Positions 9,891 to 17,647 of a stretch of 64,000 nt of DNA are shown here, one piece after another (position 1 is the first letter of the stretch; every line of letters begins with the position of its first letter). The stretch comes from Gemmatimonadota bacterium. Lineage in GTDB: Bacteria; Gemmatimonadota; Gemmatimonadetes; Gemmatimonadales; GWC2-71-9. The notes beneath the pieces are model-generated. The model did no database searches, was not told where the DNA came from, and worked only from the letters and a program-made list of their open reading frames with translations. The stretch covers positions 1 to 64,000 of the forward strand of contig JBDHKN010000023.1 in NCBI GenBank assembly GCA_039586365.1. Direction: 5' to 3'. Both the position numbers and the translations under genes were made by a program.

Positions 9891-10685
9891 TTAACTCCCG
9901 CTTTCGTCGTCGTCACCGTCTGCGTCTTGGTCCTCGAACGCTTCAAACGAATGCTTGATGTTCTCGCTCGCGAGACTCTCGTTGTCACCGCCCTTGTTGG
10001 CGCTCTGCGGATCGAATAGCGTACCGGACTGATCCCGGAACCAGGCGTCCAAGTCGATTCGAACGGTGACGTTTGTGCTCGCCATCATCTCATCGATCAC
10101 CAGCGGTGGTATGATGTCGTACTCCTGTTCGTCGTCGATGTCCGTTTCGAAGGTGAACGGCTGACCGTTGAACAATCCCTGAACTCGAATGCTCCTGCCA
10201 ACCATGTCCGGGTGCTCTTGCCTGAAGGTGGCATCTTCGGGATCGTCATTGCTCACCTTGTGAATCTCGAATTCGATCTCGTCATAGGTACCTGTATCCA
10301 CCGCAATCTCGGTGATCTGATCCACTGCGCCGTTCAGCGGGAGGTCGAGCAGGATCGGGCCGGTCTCGAACTTCTCGCAGCCGTCGTGGTCGTCGTTCAG
10401 TGAGTCTGCCAAGGAGTCGCAAGCGTCATCGCTGACCTTCTCGAGTTCGATCTCCCGGAGTACGATCTCAGCCTTGGTGATGACCAGTTGATTCTCACCA
10501 TCGGTGAGAGTGTCGGTGGCCACCCGCATGAACGACGGGCCAGCCGATTGGGCAGGTTGGCTTCCCGCTTGAGTTGAGAACGAGAGCGCGACGTTGCCCG
10601 TTCCAGCGCCGTGCGGCCCGGTCCCGTCACCGCAGGCACCTAGCATCACTGCGGTCCCGGCGAGCGCTATCAGTGCGATCCTCAT
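9891..10685 (-). CDS. Acidic lipoprotein (DUF4382-like)
   Basis: MRIALIALAGTAVMLGAC lipobox; GGAGGAG RBS; C-terminal DQDADGDDD. Confidence 0.82.
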   Translation of the reverse strand: MRIALIALAGTAVMLGACGDGTGPHGAGTGNVALSFSTQAGSQPAQSAGPSFMRVATDTLTDGENQLVITKAEIVLREIELEKVSDDACDSLADSLNDDHDGCEKFETGPILLDLPLNGAVDQITEIAVDTGTYDEIEFEIHKVSNDDPEDATFRQEHPDMVGRSIRVQGLFNGQPFTFETDIDDEQEYDIIPPLVIDEMMASTNVTVRIDLDAWFRDQSGTLFDPQSANKGGDNESLASENIKHSFEAFEDQDADGDDDESGS

Positions 10686-10751
10686 GGTTGTCTCCTCCGT
10701 GTCGATTGGTCCGTAGCGCGGTGGTTCCGCGACGTTGCTGCGGGGGTCAAT

Positions 10752-10767
10752 CGCAACAGCGGTACCA
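10752..10767 (-). promoter_or_regulatory. Sigma-54 (-24/-12) promoter
   Basis: Minus strand TGGTACCGCTGTTGCG = GG-N10-GC, ~67 nt upstream of the lipoprotein start; a sigma-54 activator lies in the same gene run. Confidence 0.7.
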
Positions 10768-10944
10768 GGAGGGTCTTACCGGTTCGTAGTGTCGTAAGTC
10801 ATCGAATGGCAAGCAGTTAACTGAGCAAGCGGGGACCTGAGCTGGTCCCACCGGTTGCCACGCCGCGATGCGGGTTGCCTCGTTTTGGTGCAGCTAGCCA
10901 TCCCAAGGGGTGACGGTGGGTCGGCTGCGAGCTAGCTTAGCCGC

Positions 10945-11313
10945 GTGAATGCCACTGGTCCGTACTCGCGCGGCGCTTCATCGGCTCCGCGGCCAACGCT
11001 GCTGACTTGGGTGTGTCTTGTGGGCTGGTTAGGAATAGCTCTTGCGGCCACCAGTATGGTGATTCAGTGGCGCACATTCACAGTTCTACCCATTGGATAT
11101 CTAGTCGGTGCACCTGCCGCGCTGGTCGTGACGGCAGCCGCATTGTATGGGTACTGGCGGCTGCGTCGTTGGGGGCTATGGCTGATCGCGTTCGGCACGG
11201 CCATCCGGCTCACAGCAACCGTGGTCGGCGTCATTCCGCTCGGACGATGGGATCTTGTCTGGCCGAGTCTGCTCGTGGTCGTGGGTCTCGGCTACCTGCG
11301 CAGGCTGCGCTAG
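10945..11313 (+). CDS. Small hypothetical membrane protein (about 4 TM)
   Basis: Four hydrophobic stretches; fills the gap between opposite-strand genes. Confidence 0.6.
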   Translation: MNATGPYSRGASSAPRPTLLTWVCLVGWLGIALAATSMVIQWRTFTVLPIGYLVGAPAALVVTAAALYGYWRLRRWGLWLIAFGTAIRLTATVVGVIPLGRWDLVWPSLLVVVGLGYLRRLR

Positions 11314-11322
11314 AACAGGCTG

Positions 11323-11664
11323 TCAGTGGCGGCCTGGCTCGAGATCACCGTCGATTCCAGCAGTCGCGCACACAACTTCGACCTCGTGCGGGGAGTAGAT
11401 CCCGAGCGTCAAAAGCGTCACGAGCCCGTTCAGGAAGCTCTGCTGTGTCTCCACTCGCGCCCACGGACCCCGGCAGACGCCGCGAGCGTCCACTTCGGCC
11501 GGGATCAATCCCACCAACCACGCTGTCTCCCAGCCTTCGTGGTAGGCAACAGGGCCCGGCTCCAACCCCGTATCGATGATACTGTGATAGCACCCAGTCG
11601 ACACTAGCAGCACAGCAGCCGCTGTCAGAGTGACCAGCCCGCGCCCCAAACCATGGCGACTCAT
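11323..11664 (-). CDS. Bor/Iss family lipoprotein
   Basis: Lipobox STGC; C.G..ARVETQQSFLNGLVTLLTLGIYSP..V.VVC. Confidence 0.85.
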   Translation of the reverse strand: MSRHGLGRGLVTLTAAAVLLVSTGCYHSIIDTGLEPGPVAYHEGWETAWLVGLIPAEVDARGVCRGPWARVETQQSFLNGLVTLLTLGIYSPHEVEVVCATAGIDGDLEPGRH

Positions 11665-12065
11665 GTGCCCTCCATGTGATCATGGTGCTTTGCTGCAGTT
11701 TGTGGCTGGTCGGGGCCTTGCTCGGGCGATTGGCCCGCATCTGTCCCGTCCTGAGGTCCAGTGGCACTGCAGACTACCTTGGTTTCCAGGGGACTTATGA
11801 TGCCGAATGTGAGGGCACCGACCACCCAGTTCAGGAAGCTCTGCCGGGTCTCCACCCGCGCCCAGCGCCCTCCGCAGTATTGGCTAGCATCCACCTGAGC
11901 CGGGAAGATCGCGTATGCGAACGCCATGTTCCACTCCTCGTGATGCACAGTCGCGCCCGGATCCAGCCCGGTAGTGATCTTTACTTGGTGACACGCGGCG
12001 GCCGCGGTCAGAAGCGACCCGACGGCCAACGCCGTCGCTATGCGCCGTATAATTTGGTGGGCCAT
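11661..12065 (-). CDS. Bor/Iss family lipoprotein (paralog)
   Basis: Start MAHQII; lipobox AAAC; CGGRWARVETRQSFLNWVVGALTFGIISPLETKVVC. Confidence 0.82.
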   Translation of the reverse strand: MAHQIIRRIATALAVGSLLTAAAACHQVKITTGLDPGATVHHEEWNMAFAYAIFPAQVDASQYCGGRWARVETRQSFLNWVVGALTFGIISPLETKVVCSATGPQDGTDAGQSPEQGPDQPQTAAKHHDHMEGT

Positions 12066-12208
12066 TTGCCCCCCTTCTGGCTTGGTGACGTCTAATGTAC
12101 CAGACGGCCACGCTACCCGACAGCGCGAGGCCAGTCTCGGGCTCCGCACGCGGAGGGCTGCGGCGCCGGACTTCCGGCCGCTGGCAGCAACTCAGCGCCA
12201 CCCTTTCC

Positions 12209-14647
12209 CTAGGGGATGGTGCCGCTGCTCTCGCTTCGCACCCGACCCCAGATACGGCTGCGGATCACGTGAACGGCCGACACGAACATGGGATGGTCCC
12301 GGACTCGATCGAACAGAGCCGACTCGAGCACCCAGCTATCGATACCGCTGGGAGACAAGTCGTATGCGCGCTTGACCCAGGAGATGGTGAACGGAACGTC
12401 ACCGGCCATGGCATGGTAGCTTGCTAAATCCTCGACCCTGGCCACATCGGAAAAGAGAGTATCACGCAGGCTGTCGGCCGTGACCTCACGGGCAACTGAG
12501 TCGGCGATCGCCTTGGCCTCCTGGGCGCGGCCTAGGGCCCGCAGACACATTGCACGGATCACCGCGTGTGGTCCCAGGTCGAACTCTAGGCATCGCGCAG
12601 CATCGCCGCTGAGCAACAGCGCCCGTGCTGCCACGGCTTGGGGAAGCACCAGCGCCGGTTCCAGGGCTCCTGCCGCCGCCGCCTCCGCTATCGCTAGTTC
12701 GTACCGTCTCATTTGGAGGGCCCAGATTGCGACGGCGATATGGCGGCCCGAAGAAAACGGGTCCAAAGCTGCCGCACGCTGTGTTTCGGCCAGGGCAGAA
12801 TCTAGGTGCCCGGATTTGGCGAGCACGCGCGCCCTCCAACCCGGAACAGTCGGCGCGTTCGGCTGCAGCTCGAGCGCCCTGCCGAAGTCGGCGGCGACGT
12901 CTTCGGTCGGGGCATTGGCGAGGGCACCGATGTATCCTCGGGCTGCGTGGGCGCTCGCCAGGTTAGGATCCAGTGCGATCGCGCTGTCCGCGAGTGCCAA
13001 GGACAATGCGGCCAGCCGATACTCGTCGGCTCCCAGCCGGTACCGGTAGGTAAGCGACAACGCGTAGGCTGTGGAGAGATCGGCCAACGACGGAGCGTGT
13101 CGAGGATTCTGTGCGAGCGCCTCGTTGAACCAATTGATCGAGCGCTTGATGCCGTCTGCGGTGCGTTGCGATAGCCAGCGTCTGCCTACGAGGTATTCCT
13201 CATAACCCGGACCCAGCGCGGTCTTGGATTCGTAGTCGGGCAGGTTGAAGTCACCGATAGTGGAGGCCACCTTGGCGCTGACCTGTCGGGCAATGCTCTC
13301 CTGGGCCGCGAAAATGTCGGTAAGATCGCCGGTGAATGTCTCCGACCAGATGGTCGCGTCCGACTCTGCGTTGACGTGGTGGGCTGATGCACGGATGCTG
13401 TTACCCGCCAGCCGCAACGATCCCTGGATTACATGCCGTACTCTGAGCGACTCAGCAAGTTGCGGGGTCGTAAGACCTTTGGAACGCAGTGCTTCCACCG
13501 AATGCGGCGAGATCACCTTGAGTTGGGCAATCTGCGAGATCTGGGTGAAGATCTCTTCCGTTATCCCTGCGCTCAGGTAGTCGTAGCGCTGGTCTCCAGT
13601 CAAGTTGTCGAACGGCATGACCGCGACCGAGTCGACATAGCGCGGCCCGACGGTAGCGCTGACGCGTCCCTTCCAGGGTTGCCATGCAAAAAGTGCTAGA
13701 ACGACGACCACCACGGCGAACACGGCGTCCTTGGTCCAGCGCCGGAGGTGAGAACGGCCTTCCGGGATGCCGGCGACTGGTAGGGGAGTCGTCCAGCCCG
13801 AAGACTGTTCCCCCCGGGCGGTCAGCAGCGCGTCGGAGAAGTCCCGTGCAGTTGGGAACCTGTCAACCGGCGCTTTGGCCATTGCCACGTTCACCACTTG
13901 TTCGACCTGCACCGAGACGGTGTCTCTAGCTGCCCTCAGCGAGGGAACTGGATCAACCAAGTGCCGCGCCAGCACCGTGCGTGCGTCCTTGCCCTGGAAC
14001 GGGGGTTCACCTGCCAGCATTTCATACAGCACACAAGCGAGCGCGTAGACGTCGGCCCGGCCATCCAGATCGTCGCTGGCCTGCACTTGCTCCGGGCTCA
14101 TGTAGGCCGGTGTGCCGAGCGCTACACCTGTCTCGGTGAGCGAATCGCTTCCCGCTACCCTTATGGCTCTGGATACACCGAAGTCCGTTACGAGGGCATG
14201 TTCCTCGTGCAGCAGGATGTTACCCGGCTTGACATCCCGGTGGAGCACATTCTGCTGGTGAGCATAGTCGAGGGCGTGCGCGACATCCCGGGTTATCCGC
14301 AACGCGTCGTCCAGCGGTAGCTGGTGTTCCCGTGCGATCCGGTCTGCCAAGGACTCGCCTCTCAAATACGGCATAGCGTAGTACAGCAGATCGTTCGCTT
14401 CGCCCGCCGCGAAGATAGGAACGATGTGTGGGTGGGTCAGCTTGGACGTGAGATCGATCTCTCTGAGGAACCGTTCCCGTCCCAGGTGGGCAGTGAGGTG
14501 AGGGTGCAGGACCTTGATTACGACCAGCCGACTGGGGTGCTGTTCGCGAGCGAGGTAGACCGTGCCCATGCCGCCACGCTTGAGCTCTCGTTCGAGCAGG
14601 TAACGTTGCGGTAAGTGCTGTTGGAGCCGGTCGAACAGATCCTCCAT
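12209..14647 (-). CDS. Ser/Thr kinase with TM, TolB-N-like domain and TPR repeats
   Basis: HRDVKPGN, DFG, YMSPEQ; SVAVMPFDNLTGD..YLSAGITEEI; C-terminal TPRs. Confidence 0.92.
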   Translation of the reverse strand: MEDLFDRLQQHLPQRYLLERELKRGGMGTVYLAREQHPSRLVVIKVLHPHLTAHLGRERFLREIDLTSKLTHPHIVPIFAAGEANDLLYYAMPYLRGESLADRIAREHQLPLDDALRITRDVAHALDYAHQQNVLHRDVKPGNILLHEEHALVTDFGVSRAIRVAGSDSLTETGVALGTPAYMSPEQVQASDDLDGRADVYALACVLYEMLAGEPPFQGKDARTVLARHLVDPVPSLRAARDTVSVQVEQVVNVAMAKAPVDRFPTARDFSDALLTARGEQSSGWTTPLPVAGIPEGRSHLRRWTKDAVFAVVVVVLALFAWQPWKGRVSATVGPRYVDSVAVMPFDNLTGDQRYDYLSAGITEEIFTQISQIAQLKVISPHSVEALRSKGLTTPQLAESLRVRHVIQGSLRLAGNSIRASAHHVNAESDATIWSETFTGDLTDIFAAQESIARQVSAKVASTIGDFNLPDYESKTALGPGYEEYLVGRRWLSQRTADGIKRSINWFNEALAQNPRHAPSLADLSTAYALSLTYRYRLGADEYRLAALSLALADSAIALDPNLASAHAARGYIGALANAPTEDVAADFGRALELQPNAPTVPGWRARVLAKSGHLDSALAETQRAAALDPFSSGRHIAVAIWALQMRRYELAIAEAAAAGALEPALVLPQAVAARALLLSGDAARCLEFDLGPHAVIRAMCLRALGRAQEAKAIADSVAREVTADSLRDTLFSDVARVEDLASYHAMAGDVPFTISWVKRAYDLSPSGIDSWVLESALFDRVRDHPMFVSAVHVIRSRIWGRVRSESSGTIP

Positions 14648-14743
14648 GACCCTGCCTAACGTACTATGGAGCGCCTAAGATAAACCACGCTCTGCGCTGG
14701 CGGCCAGGGGTGATTCTCGGCATGTGACAGTTGCATCCATGAA

Positions 14744-14774
14744 CCGGGTGCGCACCACAGCGGCGCGCACCCGG
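14744..14774 (-). terminator. Stem-loop downstream of S46 peptidase
   Basis: CCGGGTGCGC...GCGCACCCGG 10-bp stem. Confidence 0.5.
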
Positions 14775-14803
14775 CTCTCCGTGACGGTGCGATCGTGTTC
14801 TCG

Positions 14804-16972
14804 TTATCTGGAAACCAACAGTTCGTCCACTATACGCTGCGCTCCGTAGATGTCACGCAGCGCCTCGAGGATTGCCTCAGCGCGGACCGATACGGTGCGA
14901 GACGTCTGGGTTGTATAGATGAAGTCACCCGAGAGGCTCTCGATATTGCCGTCAAAGACCAGCCCCACTACCTCCCCATGTTGGTTGATCAGCGGACTTC
15001 CCGAGTTCCCTCCCGTTATGTCGTTGGTCGAGACCGTGTTGAGCGGCGTGCTCATGTCGAATTCCGCAGGGGGGTTGAGCCACCGATCTGGTAGCGCCCA
15101 GTCCTGCGAGCCGGTGTGTGAGAAGTGACGATCGTACATCCCGTAGAAGGTGGTGAACAACGGAGCCTTGGTTCCATTGTAGTCGTAGCTCTGCATGACT
15201 CCATCCGCGATGCGCAGAGTAAACGTGGCGTCCGGGGCAACCGAGGTCCCGTAGGCCTCGAAGAGTGCCCGAGCCAATTCTGCAACCTTGGCTTCCTCCT
15301 GCGACTGCAGCTGTTGGTATTCTATCTCCGCCTGTACGAAACGCGGGAGTATCTCTCGTGCCAGGGTTATGGCAGGATCGGTACTGATCAGAATCTCCGC
15401 GGGGGAGTCCAGCAGCGCGCTTCGTTGGGCGGGGTCCAGCACCGCTGTGGCGCCATCCAAGATCGCCTGGGCTGCATCGCCATAGCTGCGGCCCTCCAAT
15501 GCCTTGGCCACGAACGGGTCGTCCTCACCCAGCCAGTTGGCGGCATCCTCCAGCTGCAACTCGAGGAAATGGCGATCGAGATCAGTATTGAAGGTTGTTT
15601 CCTCCAGGTTGGTTCGAATCATCTGCAGGATGCTGTCCGGGGCACCGGCGCGGGAACCGTAGGCGTAGTCGACCATCGTGGCAGCAGTTGCTAGGGTTTG
15701 AGACCAGAAGCCACCGTCGAACCGCAAGCCGTTCCTCGTGGGAGCAAGCTCTGCCATCCTCTGACGGATGGTGGCAATGTCATCCCACAGACTTCCGTAC
15801 TGGCGGTTGAGATTCGGATCACTCCGTATAGCATCCATGAAGCGACGCTCGAAACCCCGCTTGCGGCCCATGATGTCAACGTCGCGTAATGCAGCGAGCC
15901 GGCCTTTGTACAGCTTCAGGGCGTTCATCCAGCTGAAGTACTGGTTTATGTACTCCGGACGCTGATCGGGGTGGTGATCCATGAAACGGGCGAGTATGTC
16001 GGTACGGCTCTGCAGCAATCTCACGGTGTTCGGCTCCCTGAAATCCCGCGCGTACTCGAGTTGTGCCACGGTGCTGAGGCGCTCGGTAGAACCGGGATTG
16101 CCGATCACGAATACGGCATCGCCGTCCTTGGCTCCCTCCGTGCTCCAGGTGTAATGGGACCCGGGATTGTAGGGTGATCCATTCTCGTCATACACCCGCA
16201 AGAAGGACATATCGACCACGTACCGGGGGTAAGTGAAGTTGTCCGGATCCCCGCCGAAATAGCCGATCTGCAGCTCCGGTATCAATACCAGTCGGACATC
16301 ATCGTACCGTTTGTAGCAGTACAGAGAATACTTCCCGCCGTTGTACAGAGGCTGCACATCGCAGCGAAGGTCCAGTGCCCGGCTCGCGCTGTCGGCAATC
16401 TCCGTGACCCGTCTATCTCTGGCTTGCTGCTCCTCTTCCTCAGCCATCATCGGTCTCACAGCTGTCTCTACCAGGGCCGTAACGTCCTCCGCCTGGATCA
16501 TCTGATCGACGTAGAGGTCCGGAACGCGCCGCTCCTCCGCAAGAGTCTCAGCGTAGAAGCCGTTAGTCAGTAAGTCTTCACCCTCACCAGAGACCTCACT
16601 GGCACTCTCGCGAGCGCAGTGATGATTCGTCATCACCAGTCCGGTCTCCGATACGAAGGAGGCGGTGCAGTTCGGCAGGCGTAACGATGCCAACCGTACA
16701 TGCTCCAACCATTCGTCGGTCGGCCTGAATCCGTACTCTTCCTGGAAATAGTCCAGCGGGGCGTCCTCGAACGTCCACATCTTGCCGGTGTCGAACCGAC
16801 CGGGTTCGATCTCCGGTGGCGGCGGTGCCTCCATCGTCACTGCCACGGTCTCCGCAGGCATCATCACTGGTGCCGTAGGCTGCGTAGTTTCCATGCTGGT
16901 GGACGAGGCACATCCGCTGACCACCAGGGCGAGCGCCAGGAAGCTGTGTAGCTGCGAACTGCGTGGGATCAT
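14804..16972 (-). CDS. S46 family dipeptidyl peptidase, lipoprotein
   Basis: GKMWTF, CTASFVSETGLVMTNHHC, FGGDPDNFTYPR, PDATFTLR, NDITGGNSGSP, FDGN. Confidence 0.93.
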   Translation of the reverse strand: MIPRSSQLHSFLALALVVSGCASSTSMETTQPTAPVMMPAETVAVTMEAPPPPEIEPGRFDTGKMWTFEDAPLDYFQEEYGFRPTDEWLEHVRLASLRLPNCTASFVSETGLVMTNHHCARESASEVSGEGEDLLTNGFYAETLAEERRVPDLYVDQMIQAEDVTALVETAVRPMMAEEEEQQARDRRVTEIADSASRALDLRCDVQPLYNGGKYSLYCYKRYDDVRLVLIPELQIGYFGGDPDNFTYPRYVVDMSFLRVYDENGSPYNPGSHYTWSTEGAKDGDAVFVIGNPGSTERLSTVAQLEYARDFREPNTVRLLQSRTDILARFMDHHPDQRPEYINQYFSWMNALKLYKGRLAALRDVDIMGRKRGFERRFMDAIRSDPNLNRQYGSLWDDIATIRQRMAELAPTRNGLRFDGGFWSQTLATAATMVDYAYGSRAGAPDSILQMIRTNLEETTFNTDLDRHFLELQLEDAANWLGEDDPFVAKALEGRSYGDAAQAILDGATAVLDPAQRSALLDSPAEILISTDPAITLAREILPRFVQAEIEYQQLQSQEEAKVAELARALFEAYGTSVAPDATFTLRIADGVMQSYDYNGTKAPLFTTFYGMYDRHFSHTGSQDWALPDRWLNPPAEFDMSTPLNTVSTNDITGGNSGSPLINQHGEVVGLVFDGNIESLSGDFIYTTQTSRTVSVRAEAILEALRDIYGAQRIVDELLVSR

Positions 16973-17337
16973 GGTCACCTCACCGATCGATCGGTTTGTT
17001 AATCACGTCGGCTGCCACCCAAGCGTGGTTGATATGGGCTAGCTTTCGCGAGTCTATCGGGGAAACTTAACAACTTGGCTCCATCACGCCGAGCAGCCCA
17101 ACCGCGGACCGGTTCAGAGAGGAGTATATCCGTCGTCATGAGCGGGCACCCCGCTTCGGGGCACGGCAAGGACGGGTTTGGGTTGTAACGGGAAATTGAC
17201 GGCTGGTGAACCTTCGGATATCGTGCAGGCGGCTGCCGGGCGTCGCTGATCGCTTTCGATCATGACGCCGTGGTACGAGGTGTGAAACAGCTAGCGCTGC
17301 CAATCGTACTGAGAACTGGACAACCAATGGGAGGGCG

Positions 17338-17598
17338 GTGTTGAATCAAACTTTGCGTGATCTCCAAGTCATTCCTGGGGTTGGCCCCAGTATCGCTCAG
17401 GATCTGCACGAACTGGGCTACCGAACGGTTGCGCAACTGCGAGGCGAAGATCCTGCCAACATGTATGCCGAGTTGTGCCGACGCCGTGGAGAGCCGATCG
17501 ACCGATGTGTGCTGTATGTCTTCCGCTGTGCCGTCTACTTTGCGAGTCACGACAAACACGATGAAGAGCTTCTCAAGTGGTGGAACTGGAAGGATTGA
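17338..17598 (+). CDS. Cdd1-like helix-hairpin-helix protein
   Basis: LQVIPGVGPSIAQDL..DRCVLYVFRCAVYFA..KWWNWKD; GGGAGG RBS. Confidence 0.88.
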   Translation: MLNQTLRDLQVIPGVGPSIAQDLHELGYRTVAQLRGEDPANMYAELCRRRGEPIDRCVLYVFRCAVYFASHDKHDEELLKWWNWKD

Positions 17599-17647
17599 CG
17601 GTGACGTCCTTGCACGGTTCGATCGCCACGTTATCTCGGAGGAACGA

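Noticed and set aside
17357..17647. N-terminal extension of the S9 peptidase in the ORF track
   Set aside because: Overlaps the Cdd1-like gene; the signal peptide starts at 17648.
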